A DNA stretch of 61,374 bases, counting the filler. It is 6 parts of 6 records of this genome, joined end to end, with 100 filler letters (N's around TTAATTAATTAA, not from the genome) between each part and the next. Parts side by side here need not be neighbours in the genome. Positions count along the whole stretch, not along the records: positions 12,482 to 28,090 come from SRR31156797_22515; 5 more parts are not named here. The stretch is one strand, 5' to 3'. The position numbers and the translations under genes were made by a program. How positions within the stretch are numbered: the stretch's first letter is position 1; each line of letters starts with the position of its first letter. The notes under the pieces were generated by a model. It searched no databases. It was not told the origin of the DNA and worked only from the letters and a program-made list of their open reading frames with translations. This document shows, piece by piece, positions 18,253 through 28,060 of the stretch.

Positions 18253-20408
18253 TACACTCTCCCTAACATCTCTTTGATAGCAACAATGCTATCCCTATTG
18301 ATTGCGATATACTCTCCATCATTCGCATCCCCAAGGATTTTTCGGGATTTCATGCGCCTGATTTCCACTGTGATTTGACGCTTTGAGTAACCCTGTTGTT
18401 GACACACCTTATAAATACTTGCCAAAGGTATATGCAGTCTATCAATCTGTGCAGACCCTACACGCCAATACCGTTCGAGAATTAGTCTTGTTAACTCATC
18501 AATCTCATCCACATCTTCTTCTGGTTTATATCCTTCGACATCATTGATAAAGCCATTATTATCAGTGCAATTCAAGAATAGAAAAGACTCTGTATTTAGA
18601 AGCTCCCCGCTAATTCTGCAACCATAAAACTTACAGTTAATAAACGTTATATCTTGCATATTCGCTGCTACAAACTCAATATCAGAGAAAACGCAGTCAC
18701 TAAATGATACTTCTTTTACAGAACGATTGTTGAACAGCCTGTACTGTTGAATGTTCAAAGACATTAGTGAGCATTGATCGTAATCGCCATCTTTAATCTC
18801 ATCTAACATGTTTAGCTCATATTTAAACCTATCAGATGCAGACAAAAATTCACTCATAGGCTTTAATAAACACCAAAGCTTTTGTCGTTCATCCGTATGT
18901 CTTGGAACATACGAAAGCACCGCTGGCTCAACAAATCTTTCGTCACTTGCCATCCAATCATTGTCACACTTTAATATGCTCTCAGCTATAAAGTTTCCAA
19001 AAACAAATTCGTTGACGAATTCAATACGTCCTTCTCCTTGATTACTACGATCAAAGAAGGCGTGATTAGACAAAGTGTTGCTCAGTGAATCAATTGAAGG
19101 ACGCTCACTAGCCTTATAAGACTTTCTTGCAAGCTCCAAAATTACAGAACATTTTTCTGATTTAAAGAACTCTATCAATTTTTCTTTCGACTCTGATGTG
19201 TAGTCTCGCTCACACATATCCTCTGCCAGCATCGTAAGAAGCGTACTTTGTCCTTCTGGTGTAATATGCAAGTTTTGACGCTCTTGTTCACGCTCCAGCA
19301 TACTATTGAAGTATTTAGTCACCAGCTCATCTGGTGAGTCACACAGCTCCTGAAACTTTTGATCATTTACGAATCGAAGATAAGATAATAAAACTGGATT
19401 CGACACCTCTTTGAGATTCAGCCCCACGTTTTCAACTTTGCTTAGCCTTGCCGCTCCCAGCCAATCACCAACATCAGGTCGCTCTATTCTATATCGCACA
19501 AAGCTGAACTTATCGTCGAACCTCTCAACCCACTCACTAAAAGTTGCACCATCAAACATGGCTGACTTCCTAGATGTGATAATGATTTTAGACTTCCCTT
19601 CTAGCAGTTCACTTATAGTTTCGAGCATAGGCTCTGCATTCTCATAATCTTCCGTAGATTCTGATTTTTGGGTGTCAGACAATAATTCATCAAATCCATC
19701 TAAAACCATTACAATTCGGCCATTCTTAAGTTCGTATTCGACGATATCTGAGTTCACCTGATTAAATGCTCTATCAACCTCTCTTACAAACACATGATTG
19801 AAAATTCTAGCTTGCCTGTCTCTTGAAAATTCCGTAAAGAAGGGAATAGGGTTACTATTATCTGAAATTAGAGTATTTATAAGCTCATATGATGTGCATG
19901 TTTTACCGAATCCAGCAGGTGCCTCTATGAGTATCAATTGAGCCTTGTCATCACTTAAGCGAGACACAATATCATCAATAATTTGAGGCGAAGGTTCCGA
20001 TTTGGAATTAACTACACTATATGGGGCATTTATATAGTCGTAAGATAGGTCACTTTCTTGATCGGGGTAGGCAAGCATTACTGATTCGACATATTCTTTA
20101 TATTCATTTCCTATGCGTTTACGCCAAGAGTCAACGTCAAAAAAACCTGCAAATAGACCTTCTTCAATCTCATCTAGTGTTGAGTATTCGGTAATCTTCG
20201 CAGAAATACCTAAATCATTAAGGCTCTTAATCTTTTTTTCAATCTGCTTTTTATCTTCTGCATCGTTCGAAATTTTTACAACTTCTGCATTGTGAAAGAA
20301 ACCTGACCTAAATGTGAATGTAAGATATGAGCGATTTGAATACTGCTTCTTGTATTCAAAGCCATACTTTCTATACTTTTCAATAACCTGACTTGCGCAT
20401 TGTTCCAT
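18252..20408 (-). CDS. NACHT/STAND P-loop NTPase with C-terminal pentapeptide-like repeats
   Basis: Walker A APAGFGKT, Walker B MVLDGFDE, sensor IIITSR, NPVLL motif, IEFVNEFVFGNFIAE segment; repeats VSFSDCVFSDIEF...ITFINCKFYGC. Confidence 0.85.
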   Translation of the reverse strand: MEQCASQVIEKYRKYGFEYKKQYSNRSYLTFTFRSGFFHNAEVVKISNDAEDKKQIEKKIKSLNDLGISAKITEYSTLDEIEEGLFAGFFDVDSWRKRIGNEYKEYVESVMLAYPDQESDLSYDYINAPYSVVNSKSEPSPQIIDDIVSRLSDDKAQLILIEAPAGFGKTCTSYELINTLISDNSNPIPFFTEFSRDRQARIFNHVFVREVDRAFNQVNSDIVEYELKNGRIVMVLDGFDELLSDTQKSESTEDYENAEPMLETISELLEGKSKIIITSRKSAMFDGATFSEWVERFDDKFSFVRYRIERPDVGDWLGAARLSKVENVGLNLKEVSNPVLLSYLRFVNDQKFQELCDSPDELVTKYFNSMLEREQERQNLHITPEGQSTLLTMLAEDMCERDYTSESKEKLIEFFKSEKCSVILELARKSYKASERPSIDSLSNTLSNHAFFDRSNQGEGRIEFVNEFVFGNFIAESILKCDNDWMASDERFVEPAVLSYVPRHTDERQKLWCLLKPMSEFLSASDRFKYELNMLDEIKDGDYDQCSLMSLNIQQYRLFNNRSVKEVSFSDCVFSDIEFVAANMQDITFINCKFYGCRISGELLNTESFLFLNCTDNNGFINDVEGYKPEEDVDEIDELTRLILERYWRVGSAQIDRLHIPLASIYKVCQQQGYSKRQITVEIRRMKSRKILGDANDGEYIAINRDSIVAIKEMLGRV

Positions 20409-20707
20409 CTAACCAGCTCTTTTTATTCATTTTAATTAAATTGATACTATCAGATTCTTATTTACTAATTCGAGCGCCCAAATACAAACTTGTTAACTAT
20501 CTCCTAGGCATACCCAAATGAACTTACTAGGTTTGCTTATCCCGACATAAGGTTTGAAAGCCTTAATAATGGCTTTATCAGACAAGTGACACATTAAAAG
20601 GAGTGATACAAATGTTATACCCAAACAAACTTTGGGGCAGGAGTTTGTTAGCTAGGATTACGCTGAGAAGCCCCTAGACAGTTTGAGTTGTAACGTGGCA
20701 GGTATAT

Positions 20708-21124
20708 TTATGTGTCTTGCCCCGGAAGTCCTTCATAGCTAGGCAGATTATCTAAATTCCTAGACCAGTTTGCACTACTACTAACAAAGATTTTAGCGGT
20801 AGGCTCAATTGAAATTATGCTATCTAGACTACCCGCAGGAACCACTACACTGTTAATACTTTCAGCTATCGTGGGAAGTGCAGACCCACATATTTGGCAA
20901 AAGCTTTTGGCATGCATTGAGTTTGGATGCTGGTAGGTTGTAACGTCACTTTCACCTTTCAACCAGGTTAACGTGCTCGCTTTAGCAAATAGATTAGCAG
21001 CATGAGCAGAACCGGTATCCTTTTGACAACGAATACAGTGACACAAAAAGAAAGACTGGAAATCACCAGAAAGCTCATATTTCACTCTACCACAAAGACA
21101 TGATCCTTGATGTTTACTGGTCAT
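20708..21124 (-). CDS. GFA/CENP-V family zinc protein
   Basis: GSCLCG, CHCIRCQK and FCQICGS cysteine pattern. Confidence 0.92.
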   Translation of the reverse strand: MTSKHQGSCLCGRVKYELSGDFQSFFLCHCIRCQKDTGSAHAANLFAKASTLTWLKGESDVTTYQHPNSMHAKSFCQICGSALPTIAESINSVVVPAGSLDSIISIEPTAKIFVSSSANWSRNLDNLPSYEGLPGQDT

Positions 21125-21337
21125 AAAAGCCCCCTTACTTTCGTTTACAAATTAGCTCCATTAAGTAGTGTGTACTGCCACAAAGCCAGTGATGACATCC
21201 CAACTCACTTCAATATTCAACCATAATCACATTGAATCATTAAAGAAATTTGGTCAAATAGTGAGTTAAAAATATGAGGAAAGTGCTCGTTCTAAATGAG
21301 AATGGGGCATAAGTGCGTTATTTTATTTCTACCGTTC

Positions 21338-21384
21338 TTGACGCTGATACCATTTAGCCTCAAAATAACTGTACATATATACAG
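21338..21384 (+). promoter_or_regulatory. Sigma70 promoter with LexA (SOS) box
   Basis: TTGACG-17nt-CAAAAT; CTGT-ACATATAT-ACAG at 21369-21384 immediately upstream of umuD. Confidence 0.9.
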
Positions 21385-21396
21385 TTATTTGAGTTT

Positions 21397-21822
21397 ATGA
21401 AAGTTATCCCAATTCTTGCAAGTGCCGGTATTACAGGCTTTGAATCCCCAGCAGCAGAATACGCTCAGCTGGGAATGAGCCTTGACGAACTACTAGTTGA
21501 GCATCCTAGTGCTACTTTCATCGGGCAAGCAATGGGTGAATCTATGCAGGGAATTGGCATCTTTGATGGTGACTTGTTAATTGTCGACCGACATGTCACC
21601 GTTCAAAACCATGATGTTATCGTGGCTAACTATAACGGTGAGTTCATTTGTAAGATGATCGATATGACACGTCGGTTACTCTTATCAGCAAATGAAACAA
21701 TGATGCCTGTCTACATTAATTCTCAAGATACGTTTTCGATTGAAGGAGTAGTAATTCGTTCAATTCGGTGCCACCGACCAAGCTACCTATTATCTTCTGG
21801 TGGTAAAGCATGTACGCGCTAA
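21397..21822 (+). CDS. umuD: UmuD/RumA-like S24 peptidase subunit of Pol V
   Basis: AGITGFESPAAEY, GESMQGIGIFDGDLLIVDR, GEFICK. Confidence 0.93.
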   Translation: MKVIPILASAGITGFESPAAEYAQLGMSLDELLVEHPSATFIGQAMGESMQGIGIFDGDLLIVDRHVTVQNHDVIVANYNGEFICKMIDMTRRLLLSANETMMPVYINSQDTFSIEGVVIRSIRCHRPSYLLSSGGKACTR

Positions 21823-23066
21823 TTGATGCCAACTCTTTTTACTGTAGTGCTGAGCAAGTTTTTCGTCCGGAGTGGCGAGGTAAGCCTCTCGTCGTACTAT
21901 CAAACAATGATGGCTGTGTAGTAGCAGCTAATCGTCAAGCAAAGGAAGCCGGAATACCTAAGTTCAAACCTTATTTTGAAGTTAAGGCTTTATGTGAATT
22001 AAAAGACGTCATTGCGCTATCCTCGAACTATGAACTCTATTCTGATTTGTCAGCAAAAATGATGGAAGTCATCGGGAGATTTGCACCTGACCAGCACATT
22101 TATTCTATTGACGAGTCCTTCCTGTCCTTCCATCGAACATACACTGCAATCAAAGATTTGCGAGAGCATGGAATTTTAATTAGACGAACCGTTTGGAAAG
22201 AATGTCGTTTACCTGTTTGTGTTGGCATGGGTACAACTCTGACCCTTGCCAAAATTGCGAACCATGCAGCTAAAAAGATTCAAGGCTATCAGGGCGTTTG
22301 TGTTATCGACAATGACAAAGAACGTATTGAGATATTGAAGAAATTAGAAGTCAGTGATGTATGGGGAATTGGCAGACGTATTTCAGCTCGTTTGAAACAT
22401 ATGGGTATAAATACGGCTTACGATTTAGCGCAGTACGCACCAGAAAGAGCACAACGCGAATTCTCTGTTGAGGTAGAGAGAACGGTTCGTGAGTTGAATG
22501 GTGTTGCTTGCAAAGTTTGGGATGCAGCTAGAGCAGATAAAAAGCAGATTTACTCGACTCGTAGTGTCGGGAAACGAATAACAAAACTTGAAGAGCTTGA
22601 ACAAGCTTTAAGTAAACATTCTGCTATCGCCGCTAGTAAAGCTCGTAAACAAAAGTCGCTGTGTAAGGTGATGTTGTGCTTTGCTTCTAACTCGCCATTT
22701 GATGACAAGCCTTGTAGTTTCCGTGTCGTTCATCGCTTTCCTTATCCCACTTCTGATTCAATCCAGCTCGTCAAAGTAGCAACCGATGCTGCTAAACAAT
22801 TGTTCAAACCTGGAGTTCGCTACTACAAGATTGGAGTAGGATTAATCGAATTGGTTGACGGACGGCATCAGCAATTAGATCTGTTAAATCAAACCCCAAG
22901 TAATGATAAGTTAATGGAGGTGTTTGATAGCCTCAATAATAGGTACGGAACTGATACACTTTTCATTGGTTCCCAAGGTATGGAACAGAAATGGAGTATG
23001 CGAAGAGAAATGCTTACTCCACAATACACAACTAAGTGGTTAGATATACCTAAAGTAAGGTGTTAG
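21810..23066 (+). CDS. umuC: UmuC/RumB-like Y-family DNA polymerase
   Basis: ALIDANSFYCS, VVLSNNDGC, SSNYELY, YSIDESF and the C-terminal WSMRREMLTPQYTTKW. Confidence 0.96.
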   Translation: MYALIDANSFYCSAEQVFRPEWRGKPLVVLSNNDGCVVAANRQAKEAGIPKFKPYFEVKALCELKDVIALSSNYELYSDLSAKMMEVIGRFAPDQHIYSIDESFLSFHRTYTAIKDLREHGILIRRTVWKECRLPVCVGMGTTLTLAKIANHAAKKIQGYQGVCVIDNDKERIEILKKLEVSDVWGIGRRISARLKHMGINTAYDLAQYAPERAQREFSVEVERTVRELNGVACKVWDAARADKKQIYSTRSVGKRITKLEELEQALSKHSAIAASKARKQKSLCKVMLCFASNSPFDDKPCSFRVVHRFPYPTSDSIQLVKVATDAAKQLFKPGVRYYKIGVGLIELVDGRHQQLDLLNQTPSNDKLMEVFDSLNNRYGTDTLFIGSQGMEQKWSMRREMLTPQYTTKWLDIPKVRC

Positions 23067-23153
23067 CAGCTCACTTCTGGACAAAAGTGATTTAGATATA
23101 TTGGAACGTCTGAGGCACATTGGACTAGAAAAAGTATCCGAAACACTTGTCAA

Positions 23154-23342
23154 CTAACCATTAATCATCTTACGTTTTAGCTCTTCAATTTTCTTCTTTT
23201 TTTGAATGAACCTTTCGTCTGCTTCCTTTTCAGTGACGTAATTTTTCATTTCTTTATTTAAATTATCTAAGCCACTCGTAAGCATTTCGAGACCATCATT
23301 AAGACCTTCCAAGATTTTATTGGCACATTCCAATTTTGACAT
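23154..23342 (-). CDS. Small coiled-coil hypothetical protein
   Basis: 62-aa ORF with AAGGA RBS. Confidence 0.55.
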   Translation of the reverse strand: MSKLECANKILEGLNDGLEMLTSGLDNLNKEMKNYVTEKEADERFIQKKKKIEELKRKMING

Positions 23343-23630
23343 AATGTTATCCTTACGATGATATTAAACTAATTAACTATACATCACCAAATGAGTTTGG
23401 TGCATCTTTTACAGTAACCCAGATGCCCATTCCGTGTCGTAAAAAGTGAGTTACAGCCCGTAAATTTTCTTCGGATTAACTAAGGTATGTAAAGGTCACG
23501 GTTAAGTTATATACCTTATCGAACCATACCTACAGTTTGCAATGTTCAAATGACAATTAACCCTGCTTATACAACTTCCACGTTTAAGATCATCTTACGT
23601 ATTTGGTATCATGCTCACCCTTTGAGCTAA

Positions 23631-24218
23631 CTAACAATACGTGGGATAAAACTCTTCAACTTCTATAGAGAAAATTTCATCATCTGAATGCTTTGAATAA
23701 TAGGTAGGGTCATAATAATCATCAACGAAATAATAGGATTGTGTAGACTGTTTAGGGACAGGGTAATCGCTAAATTTCGATATTCTTAAAGTTACATTTA
23801 ATCCTTTACGAGCAATATCTCTACCCGCTTCCGCGGCACAATGATAATAACGAAAATAGATGATTATTTTTGTTTTTGTAGCAAAAGGGTTGGGTCCATT
23901 ATCTTGACCGTAACCTATCATAGTACTAATACTGAATACGTGGAATTTCTTGAAGCGACGTAGCGAATTGTCACTTTCATGTTTCAGTTTATCTAATTGG
24001 TCTTGATACTCTTTACTATTATTTTCTTTCTTCAAATAGGTTCTTCTTAACTTTGAATACTTGTTTTCAGCCATGCGATGTGCATATAAACTAAATACCG
24101 CACTTGAGATTCGCCTGTATTCAGATATCCTCGACTCTGTTTCCCCATTATCCCGAACGTAGGGGATACCATCCATTCCCCATAAACCGTTGTCATAGCC
24201 ATACTGCCAATCCCCCAT
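23631..24218 (-). CDS. Hypothetical protein
   Basis: 195-aa ORF preceded by a purine-rich RBS; no family recognised. Confidence 0.6.
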   Translation of the reverse strand: MGDWQYGYDNGLWGMDGIPYVRDNGETESRISEYRRISSAVFSLYAHRMAENKYSKLRRTYLKKENNSKEYQDQLDKLKHESDNSLRRFKKFHVFSISTMIGYGQDNGPNPFATKTKIIIYFRYYHCAAEAGRDIARKGLNVTLRISKFSDYPVPKQSTQSYYFVDDYYDPTYYSKHSDDEIFSIEVEEFYPTYC

Positions 24219-24407
24219 ACCGACACTTCCCCTTTACTGCCAATCTGTCATATAAAATTATCCTTCTTTCTATACATCTATTGATATAAATAATTTAACC
24301 AATTGATTGTAACAAAGATGGTCCCTAAACACAGGATTAACCAGTTTCAGGGTATCTTCATGCTAGATAACTTAACCTCATTTGCTATTTTTAACCCACA
24401 AGATATA

Positions 24408-24821
24408 TCAGATAGTAAATTTAAAATATTCCGGACTATCGAATAATGGATTAGGTTTTACTGACGCATCTAGATACAAGCGGAGATCAGTACGGGAAGC
24501 ATAAAATTCTTGATAAATTTCAAACCCAAGAGACTCATAGAATGTTACGAGATTATCCTTAGTTACTTCACAATGTTCATCTGGTTGTGCTGAAATTTCT
24601 ATACACGCTTGGCTGCATTCAACTTTAATGTGTGCAATCGCGGCATTCAACAACTTACGAGCTATTCCGCTCTGACGTAACTGCGGTAACACATCTAAAC
24701 GTTCAATTGAATAAACCTTGTTTTGATGTTCATTTTTTCTCCACATACAATAACAATCTTCAGGATATTCTTCGAGGTGAACATAAAAATCGCCATCATT
24801 CCCGTTATATTCAATAATCAT
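24408..24821 (-). CDS. GNAT family acetyltransferase
   Basis: IERLDVLPQLRQSGIARKLL acetyl-CoA motif and LVTFYESLGF. Confidence 0.85.
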   Translation of the reverse strand: MIIEYNGNDGDFYVHLEEYPEDCYCMWRKNEHQNKVYSIERLDVLPQLRQSGIARKLLNAAIAHIKVECSQACIEISAQPDEHCEVTKDNLVTFYESLGFEIYQEFYASRTDLRLYLDASVKPNPLFDSPEYFKFTI

Positions 24822-25328
24822 ATTGCTTATCCCTTTTGTTGGTTCAATCTAGCACGCTTCAGGTAATGCCTTTTCGCTCTAAGCTATAAAAGCGAACTTT
24901 TAATTCAGAGTAAATCGCCACAAGCAAGTTAGATACCATGGTACATTACTAGAATTTGGGCTACTTGATACTTATTTAACTTCACAATCTAAAACTTGCT
25001 AGCACACTTTGGGGCAAAAGTAATTTGGATCGACTCAAATGATTTAAACAATGATTGAGTCCAGACAAATAAAATTAATTCCTATTTTAGAATTCACGAC
25101 AGATTTAAGTGAAATTTTCTAATCTCATTTGTCCATAAAAGTCTTATAACAAATTGAATTTAATCTACAACATGAAAAATTCATCACAATTCATCCACAC
25201 TTAATGAAAAGTTGAACTAATCCAACAAACAACTACCGAATCACGTTTTCTTTTTAAATGAAAGCGGCTTTCCCTAGGACACAGAAAGAAAGCCAGCGTG
25301 AAGCTGTCCATGTGAACGAAAAGTCGCC

Positions 25329-26957
25329 CTACAGCTCGTACTCACTGCTATCGCGTACACGTTCGTGATTTTTTTCATCAGCGAATAGCTCTCGAAGACT
25401 AGAAAGAAGTGGGTTAACCGCAGCGGGAAATTTATCTACCAACTTTTTCTCTATTTTATCTTTTAACTCACTCAAAACCGACAGGTTAGCACGATTGTTG
25501 CTCTTACTAACAAAGTACGAGAAAACCCCTCTTACGACCTTTATCAACTCAAATTTTATATCCTGAGTAATTTCTAGCAGCTCTTGTTTCTTCCGCTCAA
25601 TAAGCTTATCTAGGCGGCTTAAATCGCGAGTCTTTTCCTCTTCAGCTTTAGATAACTTGTTCACTGTCGTTTGCATTTCTTCAAACTCTTCACGGATGTT
25701 ATCCAATGCTGACATCCCGTGTTTCGTAGCGTCTTCGATGATAGTTCGCGTATCTTTCATCGCTTGAATCTCATCAGTTAATGATTGACGTTCATCTTGT
25801 AGCTTTGTCACTTCATTGTTTGATTCCAGAGCTTTCTGATAAGCTAACTGCTGCTGTTCTTTGAATAACGCTACTTTTTTTTCACTATCTTCAATTTGTT
25901 TTGTAAAGTAATTAAAATCACGAGCACTTTTCGCCCATCTGGATTGTCTCACCATATTACGATACTGCTCGCTCTTCTTTTCAGTATCACTGGTAAATAT
26001 AGCTTTCAGTTTTTTTTCACTGAGTAACCGCTCATTAGCGAGACGTTGAATAAGCTGCTGCAAATTATGCCCAAGTTTCCTCGTTTCTTTGTAGTCTAGC
26101 TTCCCATCCTCACAGAATAACTCTTCGCCAGAATGTTCTTTCGAAACGCTCAAATACTTATTCACAACAGCAATCATCGATTTTCGCAAATCATATTCAC
26201 CAGTTACACGGTTCCTCCCACTTAAAAAGTAATGGATATGCGCACCGGTGACGGATTGCTCATTCCGTTCATCATCATGAGCTATGACTGTTTTGATATC
26301 ATAGCTAGGAAAAAGACTACTTAGAATTTCTACTATAAAATTAATGTATTCTTGTAACGAAATAACATCAGTACCAACTTCCCATTTAGAGGGTATTTTA
26401 AATATCCCTTCTTGAACGTAAGTTGAATTTACGGGCGCAACATCATAGAGTTGGTTATGTAGAGTGATATAATCTTTTAGCTGTTTTATTCGTTGCTGTT
26501 TCCGAGGCATTTCTATTTGTTCAAAACACTCAATGCATGAGATATCTATTGCACCGCTATCTTGTGCAAGCACAGTATCTAATACGTTAACAGCTTCCAT
26601 GTACCCGCTTGCACACAGCGAACGTATAGAACTCTTTAGCGAGTGTTTTTTCTTGCGCCTATGTTCTTGAAGAGTTTTTTGTTTATGCAATTTTGGTTTC
26701 GGAGCAATATCTTCAAGTAACTCATTTTTGTCCTCGACAGTCATCTCATGAAGTAACTGCGTTCGACCATTTAACCAAATGAGGTTTTGGTCGCTTAATG
26801 CCGAATTCCACTCAATGTCTTTTTTATTGTGATTTTGCTCTGATTCAATTCGAAGTGAATGCATAAGAGAGATAGTGCATTTTTTTCTGTCCTCTGGTGA
26901 AGATGAGCTATTTATGGTACGAAAAAAAAGGTGGATATGTTTTGCTTTTAAGGACAT
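25329..26957 (-). CDS. Mobilisation relaxase, MOBV/Mob_Pre-like, with C-terminal coiled coil
   Basis: N-terminal HSLR; VIAHDDE...AHIHYFLSG HUH motif; long coiled-coil tail. ATG at 26957 has a GGAGGT RBS. Confidence 0.72.
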   Translation of the reverse strand: MSLKAKHIHLFFRTINSSSSPEDRKKCTISLMHSLRIESEQNHNKKDIEWNSALSDQNLIWLNGRTQLLHEMTVEDKNELLEDIAPKPKLHKQKTLQEHRRKKKHSLKSSIRSLCASGYMEAVNVLDTVLAQDSGAIDISCIECFEQIEMPRKQQRIKQLKDYITLHNQLYDVAPVNSTYVQEGIFKIPSKWEVGTDVISLQEYINFIVEILSSLFPSYDIKTVIAHDDERNEQSVTGAHIHYFLSGRNRVTGEYDLRKSMIAVVNKYLSVSKEHSGEELFCEDGKLDYKETRKLGHNLQQLIQRLANERLLSEKKLKAIFTSDTEKKSEQYRNMVRQSRWAKSARDFNYFTKQIEDSEKKVALFKEQQQLAYQKALESNNEVTKLQDERQSLTDEIQAMKDTRTIIEDATKHGMSALDNIREEFEEMQTTVNKLSKAEEEKTRDLSRLDKLIERKKQELLEITQDIKFELIKVVRGVFSYFVSKSNNRANLSVLSELKDKIEKKLVDKFPAAVNPLLSSLRELFADEKNHERVRDSSEYEL

Positions 26958-27190
26958 TAGCAACCTCCCTGGGGGGTTGCTAGAGCGTCGAGAGATACTT
27001 CTCTCGCCAACAGGTCACGTCCTACTCTTTTGCCCTGGCAAAAAGTTGGATGTAACCGTAGTTGGTTACTAAGGTGTTCGACTTTCGTCAAACTACTTAT
27101 TTCGTGCTCAATACACACTAGTGAATTAAGTAAGGAATAATCAGCGTGCAAAGCACTCTGATTAACTCTACAGAGTTTTAGTTGTTTCAT
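26957..27190 (-). CDS. Small ORF whose stop overlaps the relaxase start (possible leader/coupling peptide)
   Basis: AGGCGG-type RBS before the ATG; its TAA overlaps the relaxase ATG (TAATG). Confidence 0.45.
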   Translation of the reverse strand: MKQLKLCRVNQSALHADYSLLNSLVCIEHEISSLTKVEHLSNQLRLHPTFCQGKRVGRDLLAREVSLDALATPQGGC

Positions 27191-27241
27191 GTTTACCGCC
27201 TATTTATATAGATCTTATCGTTATGTTTGTTCGATTTATTT

Positions 27242-28045
27242 TTACACTGCGCTTCCTTTAAGGTCATTGAGTTCAGCTTGTACTTTTTCAGATATATCCA
27301 TCGCCTGCTTGACCACACTATCCTTTGCATTTTCATCAGGAATTTTAGTTATTAATTGATTAATCTGACCTTTTAGTGCTTGTATTTCTTCTTGAGACTT
27401 CTCGACCGTTATAGTGAGTTGCTTGCATTCCCATTGGGATTGAAAATAACCTTTTAGTTCTTCGTCTTTGGTTGATAATATATTATTTAATGTTTCAATT
27501 TCGTTTCTTAAATAATCGTTATCTCGATCTAACCGACTCACATCACCCTCAAGAGACTTAACCTTAACTAATTCACTTTTAAGTCGATTTATACCATCTA
27601 TCAGCTCTTTTTCCTTCGACTCTAAATCATCTATGACTTCATATAACTCTTCGTGTTCACTGTATGCCTGATTAAGTTTAGCTTCCATGATTTCTGTCTT
27701 AGCTTTTACCGTCGCTTGAATATCCTGGTCAATATCATTCCATGCATGATTCATCGAGTCCTCAATACTTTTGAATATTGTCTTCTGTACATCGGCGTAC
27801 CATTCTGGCTTATCTCTTATAGCTACAGCGGGTTTCATGGCTCGGGTTATCACTTTATAGGCAATACGAGCTTTCGAGTACTCCCCCCCAACCATATTAC
27901 GCAATGCCCTAGCGCTCGATGGAGCACTACCGTCTGAGAAACATTGCAAGTAATTCGAAAAAGGTATCCCCGAATTTGGGTTCTTGTCCTTTTCTAACAT
28001 CTTTGCATTAAACTCTTCCTGCAATTCATTTTCATTCATAGCCAT
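27242..28045 (-). CDS. KfrA-like DNA-binding coiled-coil protein
   Basis: N-terminal SARALRNMVGGEYS resembles the KfrA_N HTH; the rest is heptad-rich coiled coil; GGAGG RBS. Confidence 0.6.
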   Translation of the reverse strand: MAMNENELQEEFNAKMLEKDKNPNSGIPFSNYLQCFSDGSAPSSARALRNMVGGEYSKARIAYKVITRAMKPAVAIRDKPEWYADVQKTIFKSIEDSMNHAWNDIDQDIQATVKAKTEIMEAKLNQAYSEHEELYEVIDDLESKEKELIDGINRLKSELVKVKSLEGDVSRLDRDNDYLRNEIETLNNILSTKDEELKGYFQSQWECKQLTITVEKSQEEIQALKGQINQLITKIPDENAKDSVVKQAMDISEKVQAELNDLKGSAV

Positions 28046-28060
28046 GAGAATATCCTCCCC

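Noticed and set aside
23377-23476. Minus-strand fragment containing THFLRHG, like a tyrosine recombinase H-x-L-R-H box
   Set aside because: No start codon, no downstream catalytic H/Y pattern, only ~32 codons.
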